Below are positions 16,856 to 29,119 of a stretch of DNA of 64,000 bases, piece after piece (positions within the stretch are counted from its first letter, which is position 1; each line of letters opens with the position of its first letter). This DNA comes from the human T2T-CHM13v2.0 reference genome, Homo sapiens. The notes below the pieces were generated by a model that did not search any database, was not told the DNA's origin, and saw only the letters and a list, made by a program, of their open reading frames with translations. Position numbers and translations under genes: made by a program. The stretch lies in the NCBI RefSeq assembly GCF_009914755.1, contig NC_060927.1. The stretch is one strand, 5' to 3'.

Positions 16856-17260
16856 TATTAAAGTAAAATAAAATGGAGGCCACAGTTTAGATATAACATA
16901 TAACCAACCATGCAATAAAAACTTAAGTCATCCTGATTTCCCCAAAATGCTTGCTCTAATCATAAATGAAACTCCAAATATAAGCTTTAAGTTCTTGTCA
17001 GCAGGATTCAGGCAAGTTAAGCCATTCAGCTATAAACAGATCAGCCTAAACAGCTCTGCTTGCCCTAAAAAGAATGTTAATGTTAAACAATCATGAAAAA
17101 GGTTAAAATACTTTATCCTTTATACTTTATAAACTGTGCTGTAACTGCTGTAAGCAAAGCTTTTTCTACACTTGGTTTGAGGCCTCCCAGTTCTTGAATT
17201 GTTTTGTATGCACAATAAACTTCTACAATTTATCAACTTGACCTGATTTTGTTTTTGACA
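16856..17260 (+). mobile_element. ERV1-class solo LTR (LTR54/MER57-like, family uncertain)
   Basis: Begins T(A)TTAAAGTAAAATAAAATGGAGGCC, TATA-like TTATAAA near 17128, AATAAA near 17214, ends TTTTGACA. Confidence 0.6.
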
Positions 17261-17799
17261 GTGACCTCATCTTCCCTTAAACTTTCCAACTTTTACCTTC
17301 CAACTTCTATCGCCTTATATATCAGCTTTAACACTGTCAAATATGGTAACAGAAACTGTGTTATAACCATAATTAAGACTTTTGAGCACTGCCCAGAGGT
17401 TGAGTCTCAGAATTAAAACTAATAAACAGTGTTTGCATTACTATGTCATGGTTGAACTGAGAAGCTAAAGCTATTGTTCCTTCACTCTGATATTATAATA
17501 ATCCTTATACAACCAGAGGGAGAATAATCTTAGTGTGAAGGTTTAATGTATTCCTCTTTCTCCTACTCATCAATAGACAGAAAACCATGCCACAGCTTCA
17601 TTTTCTTCACAGTCTGACTGTGACCTTCTGTTACTTTTCTGTGTGACTCCTGGGGCCTCTGTCTTTGAATTTCATTCTTTGGAAAAAAAGACACATCTTT
17701 CATGCAATAGCAGGAACACCTTCCTCATATTTGCCAATTGGATTTTTTATTTGGGATCCATTCCAATCTTTGAAGATAAGGTAGTCAAGTTTGTGTTTT

Positions 17800-17925
17800 T
17801 TCTTTTCCTTCTTTTTCTAAATTTGTATAAGTGTAAGGGGTAAAAATGCAGTTTTGTTACATGGATATACTGCATAGTGGTAAAGTCTGGGCTTTTAGCG
17901 TGGCCATCACCTAAATAATGTTTCC
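17800..17925 (-). mobile_element. L1PB4-like 3' terminal fragment
   Basis: TAAGGGGTAAAAATGCAGTTTTGTTACATGGATATACTGCATAGTGGTAAAGTCTGGGCTTTTAG after a T-rich tail. Confidence 0.75.
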
Positions 17926-18342
17926 TATTCTAATTTAGAGGAGTGTTGGATAGCTGTATCTTGGGATCTTTGTTCATTGGATTTCTGGCTTAATTCCATA
18001 GTTTCTTGCTTCCCATGTCATTCTACATTTGGGGTGTTTCACCCTAGGCTTATTGAAGTACATCTTTATGTAACTTCCTTAAAAATGGTTCTGGGATGTA
18101 AATTCTCTGAGACTTTGTGGCATTTAAAAATGTCTCATACTTAATTGCCAGAACAGCTGGAAAGGGAATTTGAGATGCAGAATTATTCTTCCTGTAACTT
18201 CTAAATGCATAGTTCCATTATCTTATGACATCTGGAATTATTAAGAAAAAAATCTAAAACTTGTATGATCTTTTTTCTGAGTATAGCTTTGTAGGTATAA
18301 GCTTCCTCTTGTTTTAAGATCTACACAATTTTAGTAACCTCA

Positions 18343-18694
18343 TGTATTAGTCCATTTTCATGCTGCTGATAAAGACATACACAAGACTGGGCAATTTACA
18401 AAAGAAAGAGGTTTAATTGGACTTATAGTTCCATGTGGCTGGAGAAGCCTCACAATCATGGCGGAAGGCAAGGAAGAGCAAGTCACATCTTACATGGATT
18501 GCAGCAGGCAAAGAGAGAGCTTGTGCAGGGGAATTCCTCTGTATAAAACCATCAGATCTTAGGAGACTTATTCACTATCATGAGAACATGGGAAAGGCTT
18601 GTCCCATGATTCAATTACTTTCCACTGGGTCCCTCCCACAACAGTGTGGGAACTCAAGATGAGATTTTTGTGGGGACACCGACAAACCATATCA
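18343..18694 (-). mobile_element. THE1B-like MaLR solo LTR
   Basis: TGTATTAGTCCATTTTCATGCTGCTGATAAAGACATAC...CAAACCATATCA; 5-bp TSD CCTCA/CCTCC. Confidence 0.92.
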
Positions 18695-18854
18695 CCTCCC
18701 TATCTCAGTGAGAGCTTTCATTTTAGTGTCATGATTTTCCTTAGCTCCAAGCAGGTTATACCTATTTTTGCTTGGATAATTCCCTCCTTTTCAATTCCTC
18801 TTTCAGGAAATTCTATTAATCAAAAATTGAACCTCTGAGACTGACACTCCATAG

Positions 18855-19186
18855 CAGCAATGTCCAATAGAAATATAATATAAGCTATAAATGTGAGCTC
18901 CATATGTAACTAAATTTTCTTGTGGCCACATCAAAAAATATAAAAAGAAAGGGGTAAGAATAATTTTAATCAATTTCATGTAGCTTTTAAAATATATTAA
19001 TATATTCAAAATATTATTTCCATATTTAATCAATAAAAATATTGAGATATTTTACATTCTTAATTTGTCTTGCCTTCAAAATCTGGGGTATACTTAATAA
19101 TTACAGCACATTTTACTGCAGACTAACAACATTTCTGTTGTTCAATGGCCATATGTGGCTAATGGCTCCCATATTTGACAGTGCAG
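18855..19186. mobile_element. MER33 (hAT-Charlie) DNA transposon
   Basis: Termini CAGCAATGTCCAATAG / ATATTTGACAGTGCAG, internal GTGGCCACAT and ATGTGGCTA motifs; 8-bp TSD CTCCATAG/ATCTATAG. Confidence 0.85.
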
Positions 19187-19924
19187 ATCTATAGCATGTA
19201 TGTCTTCTTCCATATTTCTTTGCCTTTTTTCTCTATGTTATGGCACAGTACCCAAAGTTTATCTTTAATTCTCATACTAAATGTTTTATTTCTGTAATCA
19301 CTTGGAATTTCTCTGAATTTTGTTGTTCTCTTATTACTTTTAGTTGAAAAAAATGTAGGCCATTTAGTTCTTGTTTAATAAATTCAGTATCTTCTCACAT
19401 CTGTGCACACTAATTGCTGATTTTATTATTTTGCTCTGCGTTAGGTTTCTTCTGTTCCAGTTATTTCTCTTCTGGCATCAGTTTTTATATTTGTTTACTT
19501 TGACCTTCATATGCCTGCTGATCTTTGTATGTTTATACTTAAAAGTAAGGGACTCAGTTGATTAGTCCAGGCAGGAGATGTGGGTTTCTTCTACTCAGCA
19601 CATACACATGGGCAGGGAGTTGGCTGTTAGGCTAAGTAACAAGGGGGAAATCATGGCCATTGGCAATCTTCCCCACAAGGATTTCAGTTTGTTCAGGAAT
19701 GGGTCCTACGATTTTTGGCTGGCACAAAATGGTAGACCACCTAACTCTGTATGCTACATATAGAGGATATGTGTTGAGGTCCAGAGAGGCACTAACTCAC
19801 AGCGTTTTCAAATTTGCATTTTGAATTAACTCCACTCTATCCCCACTTCTCACTCTGCTCCTGCCCATTTTGAGCCCCAGAATCTTTTTCCACATGAATA
19901 GCTTTGACTCTATTTATCAATATG

Positions 19925-20200
19925 CTTTCTAGAAAAGCCTGAGATGGAGATTTTAATGCAAGTGACTTATTAGGAAAGTGGTCTCTGGAGAAAGAAAGTG
20001 AAGATGGCAGGATTAGGACAGGAGAAGGAGCTAAATAGGTTGTGGTCTCAGCTGAAGCCTGACTTCAAACCTGACACCCTGGGGAGCAGAGGAGCAGGAA
20101 TGGCCTGGGGTAGTTGTGCCACTGTAACACATTCACAGCAACTGGGGGAAAGACATAGCTTTGGTTAAATTGATCTGGAAGGGTCACCAACAGCTTCCAC
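19925..20200. mobile_element. Old ERVL LTR fragment (LTR33-like)
   Basis: GCCTGAGATGGAGATTTTAATGCAAGTGACTTATTAGGAAAGTG...GCAGGATTAGGACAGGAGAAGGAGCT resembles LTR33. Confidence 0.45.
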
Positions 20201-20664
20201 TGCGTGAGATTATTTTTTTTAAGTACTTTTCTGTTATTTTAATGCATTTGAAGGAGCAAGGATAGATATATGTGTTCAGAGCGCCATCTTAAACCAATAA
20301 TCCCTTGGTATCATTTTGGAAAGCTTTGTTCTTTCTGCTAAGAAAGAAAAGTACTTGAATAGTATATAGAAAACTGTTACTCAGAGAAACAGATGTAAAT
20401 TTCAGAATATCCTAGTTCTTCTAGGAAAGAAAGTGATGGCAGTGAAGACTCAACAAACATGTGCTGCCTACTTACTGTAGTGTTTGTCCTTTTCCATTAT
20501 GTGGTGCCATTTAATCCCACACTACTATCTTTATTCTTAACCAATGAACAAACTGAGACTGTATAATAGTGTCTTATTCAAGATTTTGTAGTGCATAGTA
20601 GAATTGAACTGGGGCCTAACTCTTTATTCTTTAACCTAATTGTGACCATACCATCAGTCTCTCT

Positions 20665-20728
20665 GAAATGAGCAACTGCACCTTGATTTAGTAGCAAGTA
20701 GAAATGGGCAACTGCACCTTGATTTAGT
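20665..20728. repeat. 28-bp direct repeat with 8-bp spacer
   Basis: GAAATG(A/G)GCAACTGCACCTTGATTTAGT at 20665 and 20701. Confidence 0.9.
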
Positions 20729-20844
20729 TGTGTATGCTGAAATTCTGATAGAGGAGATGCTGTCTCTCTCACCAAAGAAATGTACATCTCCATGATTCCC
20801 TCTTATTTCTAAAAAGAAACCATAGAATCTTCATCCCAGATCAC

Positions 20845-21025
20845 ATGCTATGCATTTACATATAGTCTTTCATTTAATTCCCTAAACAACCTTGTGAATT
20901 ACTCATTTTTTTACAAAATTTCAAATTCTGAAAGATTAAATAGCATGCCTAAAGTAAAACAGGTAGCAAATTGTTGGAGCTAGAATTTAAATCCCAACCT
21001 TTGTAACTCCAAACTCATGCTTTTT
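20845..21025 (-). mobile_element. MIR SINE fragment
   Basis: CATTTAATTCCCTAAACAACCTTGTGA...GGAGCTAGAATTTAAATCCCA...TAACTCCAAACTCATGCT. Confidence 0.65.
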
Positions 21026-21969
21026 ATTAATGATCAAGTAGGCACTAATTTAAGAGTTTGAAAATGCCCGTTGGTGTTCATTGGATTTAATTAGTCCCAA
21101 ACAACACCAAATTCAATCAGTTCGTTAAATTTATTTCAAGTTTTAAAATTGACAGAATATGCCAAATCACAACATTATTATTAAAAGCTAAACAGTTTAA
21201 TCATTCATATTTGCCCTGAGGGTACTGTTCTTGACAGTTAGCTATAGTCTACTAGAAAAACAGAAACAAATTCAACCACTGTCATCCATGTTCCCGGAGA
21301 TTGACAGTAGGGAGAACAGTAAGACTTTCTATTTATTTTATGCACCTATTTTCTTGCTAGCAAACACAATTTACCTACCCCCAGGTCATTTCTTTCAGTG
21401 CCAGGTAGATACAACTATGAAACACTCACATTGATCTCTCATCAACCCTGAAAACATGTCATCGGTAAATGTTAAGAGATTGTTTCTAATATCATCTTTG
21501 CTGGGGCATATTGCAGATAAAATACACTCTTTCAGGAATTCCGTCGGTAGATGGTTATTCAAACCCTCTTATTTGCAACTTGCTTCCAAATAAATTCAAT
21601 GCAAATAATGAACAAACAAAAACTTTTATGCTTTTCCAGAGTTTGGACTTGAAATCTTGCAGAATTTATCAATAACCCTTTTCACAAGCCCATGAGGATT
21701 TAACCCTCCTTACATTCTTTATGATTAATACATTTACTGAAAGATTAGGTCTCTAGATGGTTTTTAAATCCCAGAGGAAGATAAGAAACTCATAAAATAA
21801 TAATTCCTAGGTTTTAGTAAATCAAAACATTTATTCCAAGGAATGACAGCCAAATGATAAAATAATATCCCTTGGCAAATTTCAGTGAGGGCATCAGGAG
21901 AGGAGCAAAGAATGGTTCAAATATGTGGAGGTGCTAAGTTCAATTTCATCTAATTGAGAGATTACTACC

Positions 21970-22233
21970 TTTTTTTTTGAGATGGAGTCTCACTCTGTCC
22001 CCCTGGCTGCAGTGCAGTGCCACCGTGTCGGCTTACTGCAACCTCCGTCTCCTGGGTTCAAGCAATTCTCCTGCTTCAGCCTCCAACACACCTGGCTAAT
22101 TTTTGTATTTTTCAGTAGAGACGAGGTTTCATCATGTTGGCCAGTCTGGTCTCAACCTTCTGACCTCAGGTGGTCCACCCGCCTCGGCTCCCCAAAGTAC
22201 TGGGATTACAAGCGTGAGCCACGGCTCCCAGCC
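21970..22233 (-). mobile_element. AluSx-like SINE with a ~25-30 bp internal deletion
   Basis: Alu dimer; GTAGCTGGGATTACAGGC of the right arm is missing near 22085; TSD AGATTACTAC at 21959-21968 and 22235-22244. Confidence 0.93.
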
Positions 22234-22272
22234 AAGATTACTACTTTTTGTACCCAGAGAGTCAGGAATTGT

Positions 22273-23752
22273 TGTGAGTTCCAGTTGAGTTCACTGAGCA
22301 GGAAAAACCATGAAAGGCAAATTATCACTAGAAAAGCCAGTGTAATCAGAGAGTATATTCTCCTATCACTTTCTGCAGGGACTTCTTCCACAGCTATGTT
22401 CAATTCATATATTAAAAGTAACACCTAGCTAACAATAAGAGAAGTGGTAAGTCTATTCAGGGATTCAACTTCTTCCTGGTTTAGTCTTGGGAGAGTGTAT
22501 GTGTCCAGGAACTTAGCCATTTCTTCTAGATTTTCTAGTTTATTTGTGTAGAGGTGTTTATAGTATTCTCTGATGGTAGTTTGTATTTCTGTGGGATCGG
22601 TGGTGATAACCCCTTTATCATTTTTTATTGTGTCTATTTGATTCTTCTCTCTTTTCTTCTTTATTAGTCTTGCTAGCGGTCTATCAATTTTGTTGATCTT
22701 TGTAAACTAGTTCAGCCATTGTGGAAGACAGTGTGGTGATTCCTCAAGGATCTAGAACTAGAAATACCATTTGACCCAGCCATCCCATTACTGGGTATAT
22801 ACCCAAAGGATTATAAATCATGCTGCTATAAAGGCATATGCACACGTGTGTTTATTGCGGCACTATTCACAATAGCAAAGACTTGGAACCAACCCAAATG
22901 TCCATCAATGATAGACTGGATTAAGAAAATGTGGCACATATACACCATGGATTACCAGGCAGCCATAAAAAAGGATGAGTTCATGTCCTTTGTAGGGACA
23001 TGGATGAAGCTGGAAACCATCATTCTCAGCAAACTATCGCAAGAACAAAAAACCAAACACCGCATGTTCTCACTCACAGGTGGGAATTGAACAATGAGAA
23101 CACTTGGACACAGGAAGGTGAACATCACACACTGGGGCCTGTTGTGGGGTGGGGGGGGGGAGGGAAAGCATTAGGAGATATACCCAATGTAAATGACAAG
23201 TTAATAGGTGCAGCACACCAACATGGCACATGTATACAATGTAACAAACCTGCACGTTGTGCACATGTACCCTAGAATTTAAAGTATAATAAAAAAATTA
23301 AAAATAAAATAAAAAATAAAAGAGAAGTGATAACTAAAACTATCATAATTTCCTGTCTTTGTGTATGCAATACTGGGAATGAATGGACATAATTCCCCAA
23401 CTCTATACTAAATACTAATAACTTACTGGCTTGTTCGAGGAAATACAAAACCTGGAGGTTAAGTCTGTTTGCCAATCATTCAGCTAACTCATCAAAACAG
23501 TTTCCTCATCAAGACTTACTTTCAACCTGTCTTCTCGCTATTACCATCAAACTAAAGCTATTATGTCATAAACTCTACTCAGCCCCAACCAGTTCTGACC
23601 CTGCAAGACCCACCTTAAAGTTATCCCTTTCAGACCTTGAAACCCTATAAATACCCTGCCCTAATTTCCCATGACTCTGTCAAGGCAGTATTTTTTCTTG
23701 GTGCAGTAAATCTAATAAATTCAGCTGTTTTTCCAGGGGTCAATAGTCAACA
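22273..23752 (+). mobile_element. MER67/MER31-like ERV1 solo LTR, apparently split by the L1 at 22451-23319
   Basis: The 3' part has CCCTATAAATACCC, CTGTCAAGG...GCAGTAAATCTAATAAA and ends GTCAACA. The proposed TG start at 22273 is tentative. Confidence 0.5.
22451..23319 (+). mobile_element. 5'-inverted, truncated L1PA5-like insertion
   Basis: 22451-22700 is antisense ORF2; 22701-23319 is the sense ORF2 end, 3' UTR and poly(A); TSD AAGAGAAGTG(G/A)TAA at 22437-22450 and 23320-23333. Confidence 0.93.
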
Positions 23753-23764
23753 GTAGTTACAGCT

Positions 23765-23975
23765 CTGATTGGGAACCTACAGTGTGCCAGGTACCATGCT
23801 AGTTGGTTTGTATATGTTATTTCTAATCTTAGCAACAACTCCTCAAGTTAATGTTGTTTTTTATAATGCACAAAGAAGAAATTGAGACTCAGGAATGTTG
23901 GTAAGCTGCCCCAACTACACAAATAAGAAGTGGCAGATACAGAGGTCGCCTTGAGTCTGTCTGACTTCAAAAACT
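23765..23975 (-). mobile_element. MIR SINE
   Basis: ACCTACAGTGTGCCAGGTACCATGCTA...GAAGAAATTGAGACTCAG...GTCTGTCTGACTTCAAA. Confidence 0.7.
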
Positions 23976-24329
23976 TTTGGTAGCTCACAAGTCATTTTAA
24001 AAATAAGCACAGAAAGTTACCTCCCCACCTCTTCCTTACCCTAAAATTAATTCCAATGATTAAAATGTAGAAAAATTAGTTATTTCATTCTTCCATTAGA
24101 TTTTACTTACCTAAAATCATTTTATAATTTTAATGGTAACTGCAGATAATAATACATTTTGTCCCTATTACAATCTTATAAAATTTAGTACTTTTCAATT
24201 TCCCAGGAAAACAAAAACTTCAGAACTCTTCAACTCCATTTACTTCATTTTATGCATTATTACTATGGTCATGAATTTTAATTCTTTAAATAGTTTAAGC
24301 TACTTAAGATGTAATATTACTATTATATA

Positions 24330-25680
24330 TAGTCAATATTTATTTTTATTGGCCCACAAATGTAATCTTTTCAGTCATCTTTCTTTCCTAAAATTGTGAG
24401 CTTCCATCTGGGATACTTTTCCTTCTGCTTGAAAAAAACCCTTCAGTGTTTTCTTCACTGTCAAGTGGATGATAACATATTCCCTTAGTTTTTGTGTTTG
24501 AACATTCCTTTATTATGCCTAAAATTTGAATAAAATTTTCATTTAGTGCAAAATTTAAGGTATCTATAGTCTTTCATCAATTTGAAGACATCATTTCATT
24601 GCCTTATTATTACTGTAGAGAAGTCAGCAGAAATCAAAGTTGGTCTTACTTTTTCTATTTTGAAAAATAAATCTGTCCTTTTCCTCTAGCTCTTTTAAAT
24701 ATTTTCTCTTTGTTTTCAATTTCCAGAAGTTTTACTATTACGTACCTAGCTTTTGTTTACTCTTTGTTTTGCTTTGGGTCCACTGTTATTGTGGCCTGAT
24801 GTTTTTCTTTGTCTTGTGAAAATTCTGACCATTATCTCATTAGTTATTGCTTCTGATCTAGTCTCTCTTCATTCCTTTTGATATTCCAACTGTATATATC
24901 ATAAGTCTCATATATACTTTTTAATACTTTACATCCTTTTGTTTCTTTGTTCTTTAACTTAAATATTTTCTTCTGACTTATCTCGGTTAACTAATTTTCT
25001 TGTTAGCTGTAAATCTTATATTAAAACCATTAATCAAGTTTGTAATCCCCATTATTGTATGTTTTTAGTTCTAGAATTTCCATTTGATTATTTTTATAGT
25101 TTCCAAATTTCTACTGATAAATATCATTTTCATTCTGTAAACATATTGCTTATAGTTATTTTAAAGTCCACACTTGTTAACTTTATCATGTAAATCACCT
25201 TCTAGTTCAGTTTCTGTTTCCTTTACATTTTCTCAATTTTGGGGGCAATTCTTCACTCCCTATATACCTCGTTTTATTGAGTTCTGGAATATATTAAACA
25301 CGCGAAGAGAAAATGAGACACTATGAATAGTATCTTCCTCCAAAGAAGATTGCTTTTTTGTTTTGGCAGCTAGGGGAAAGATTGCCTTAATCTAATCAGT
25401 GATAGATTTGATTGGTTTCAGTCCTGTGTGGACTAGTCTGTGCCAGGCTTATGCTTATTTCTAGCATAGATCTGTTTGGAATCACAAGTAATTTTGGGGG
25501 GTGTTACTGGTGTCCTCTGTTCCTGATAGGCCCTGAAACTCTAGTTTTCATACCTTTATCTCTGAGAGACTTTCAAAAGCTCTGTTCACCTTACCTTTTT
25601 AGCACCCTTATTCAGTATGGACAATCATCTGGAGGGCTGCCATATACTGGGTTTATCTCTTTCCACTTTCGAAAATATTA
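24330..25680 (-). mobile_element. Highly diverged old L1M/L1ME 5'/ORF1-region remnant
   Basis: T-rich sequence with motifs such as GAGAAGTCAGC, CCAGAAGTTTTACTA and GTTCTAGAATTTCCATTTG, typical of antisense old L1; edges uncertain. Confidence 0.5.
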
Positions 25681-25726
25681 GTTGCTCTCAGGCTGAGTGT
25701 TCCAAGACAACCTAGGTAAGCATTTC

Positions 25727-25729
<3 letters not shown>

Positions 25730-25767
<38 letters not shown>
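25730..25767. repeat. Pure poly(A) run, 38 nt
   Basis: Seen directly. Confidence 0.95.
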
Positions 25768-25769
<2 letters not shown>

Positions 25770-27253
25770 CTCCCATATTTCTCTTTTTAAAAAAAGTAAA
25801 TTTATATGCTGCTGGTTTTTTTTTTTCATAAAATTAAGACCAGGCTTTTAGTAAGTAGAAAATTATTAAATATTTTTTAAATTAAAATTCTTAAAAGAGC
25901 AAAAAAAATGTCTAAAATAACATCTGTGGAAGGCTATATCTGTTTCCCAGGGTAAAACAGGAATCTACTAGCAAGTTTTCTTCACTTCCTAGTAATAATA
26001 TACACCCAGGCATGACTGTGACAGCAATTTTTGTAGTCTATGCATCCAATCCAAATAGCACATTCACTGACGACAATCCCATCTTTCTCTACCTACTATC
26101 ATGTCTTTAAAACTAGCAACCAAGATGAGTTACAGGTGCAACAATTAACTGCATCAGAGGACAGAAACTAGAGAATTTTTTTTTTTTTTTGCTGTTATTT
26201 TTCTGAACATCTAGCAAATGGACTGGCTTGCGATCACTTTTGTCCTCTCTCTTTTTTGTTATATTCCATCCCAGGGGAGATTGAGCAATTTATCTGACTG
26301 ATAAATTTGAGAAGACTTGGCTGTGCATGCTCAGATTTGGTCTGTTCTTTGTCATCTGAAAGTCAGCCTTTTCATGAAAAAACACACATTTTTCTCTTGA
26401 TCCTCCATGATGCAATTCACATGTAGAGGCAAGCCCTTGTCAACTGGTGCATGTGTCCAGGTGGACAAATCTGCTTAGTTCTGGGATTTAGTATTAAGAA
26501 GACCATTTGTTTTCCATACTATGCTATATTCTCCAACTTAAACTTTGTCAGAAGCAAATGTGACATTTCAGCCTTCATATCTCTCACTCTTATTATTCAA
26601 CTTGTTCAGAACTTGTGTGGGGAAGATAGATGCTATTTATTGTATTTCCTTAAAAACCTTGATATTAAAGAGCACGATTTTACACATCTGTACTAAACCA
26701 GGTTATTATCGATGATTTTTAATTTTGCCAATTTTATAGCTGAATAATATCTAGTTATTATAATATACCACTCTTTCATTACTAGTGTTATCTCACATTG
26801 TTTTAAATATTTACTAAATACCTTTAACTACTGATATCATTTTTCCATGTCCTAGTGAGGTATGCACATTTTGTTATTGATTTATATGAGTTCTTTATAA
26901 TTACAACTGCCAGTGCTGTCAGATATCACTGTTGTAATCCAGATTTCTAGATTAACTTGAGAAACATATTATCGATTTATTTTAACTCTTTCAAGGTTAC
27001 TCACACATTTCAACCATGACTGAGGAATACTGCAACTAGCATTATATTCTTCCTTTTAAGATGATGCCCTGAGGCTCTATCCTACTCTTCCTTTTCCCTG
27101 GTATAAAAGATTGGGCCATGATTCGAAAAGCACTATTGACAATAAATACATTTACTGTAATTCCCAACTATTTTAAGGAAAAAGTACTGGCATGTAAATT
27201 TATCCAATCCACAAACCAAAAGCTTGCATGAGAAATGAGGTTTTAGTAATTAG

Positions 27254-27990
<737 letters not shown>

Positions 27991-29119
27991 CGTCAATCTT
28001 ACTAGCATTTCAATGTCAGCTGTGGACTAATTCAGTGTGCTCAAAGCTTCAGTCACATATCTATTTTTCATGATTTTTTGTCACATACATATACCACTGG
28101 TTCTTTTATTTGTTTAATATTTTTTCTTTGAAATGATCTATTTTGTTAAACATAACCTCATTCTAAACTCTGAAATATATGAATCATTGGGGTTTTATGT
28201 GCTAGTTTTTTAATTACATTTAAAATAAACACTATTAAATTTTTAAAAATTGTACATGGAACGTTTAAAACAATTTCATACCACACTTTGTACTGACTTT
28301 GTACCAAGAGGTCCAGTTGCAAAAGAGCTTTCAAAAATGACATTTTCTAGAAAATTTACTATATTCCAAGGCTGTTCTTTTGCCTGGCTCACAAACTCAC
28401 AAGTTCAGATTTTGTCAGTATCCCCCAATTGTCCAAATCCTACAAAGCTTAATCAAACTGACAAATCTTATAAAACAACCTTAGGAAACCAGAGTACTAA
28501 TTTGAGAAGATGCAGTGAAAACTTCAGCTGCCAGCCTGCCTAGGAACTCACATCAGTATGACCAGAATACTCCTTCCCTGTAGACTAAGCTCTCTCTAAA
28601 GCCAACAAATAACCTAAAAGTTATTCCTGAGTGTCAAATAAGAACATGATAGCTTAGTAATGATCTTTAAGCCTTGCTGCACCGGAAGCAGGCACTCTTG
28701 CCTCTCTGAGGTGAGTTGCAAATCACTTCTTTGGACTGTATAAAATTAATTCCATATCTACTCTCAGCTGCCAATAACACTTCTCTCATTTCCAAGTATA
28801 GGGGTGCAGTGCAGGGAGAAATGCCTTTTTGATTTCATTCATTTTTGGAAGGGAAACTAACATTCGAAGAAGTTAACTAATTATACTCTAATAAGTGGTG
28901 AAGCCATGGTTTTTTCGCAGCTCTATCTCATTCTGATATGAATAGTTTTTCCATTATATTAAATGACTTCACAAACTGGCTAGGCCATCTTCTCCAATCT
29001 ACTTTGCTTCTCTGGAATTCAGTTTCCAGCTGTAAAGAAAAAATGTTAAGGTGTATTTTATTTTATTTTTTACTTGCAGTGGCACTTTCTAAGAGATATA
29101 AAAACTGAATCTTGAGAAG

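Noticed and set aside
20665-20728. Repeat-spacer-repeat pattern as CRISPR-like
   Set aside because: Only two units with an 8-bp spacer, in primate DNA with no cas genes.
21982-22428. 148-aa ORF, and similar ORFs at 27289-27732, 38097-38312 and 60527-60928
   Set aside because: Translations of Alu and microsatellite sequence; typical spurious Alu ORFs.
23145-23165. G-rich tract with G-quadruplex potential
   Set aside because: Standard polypurine tract of the L1 3' UTR.
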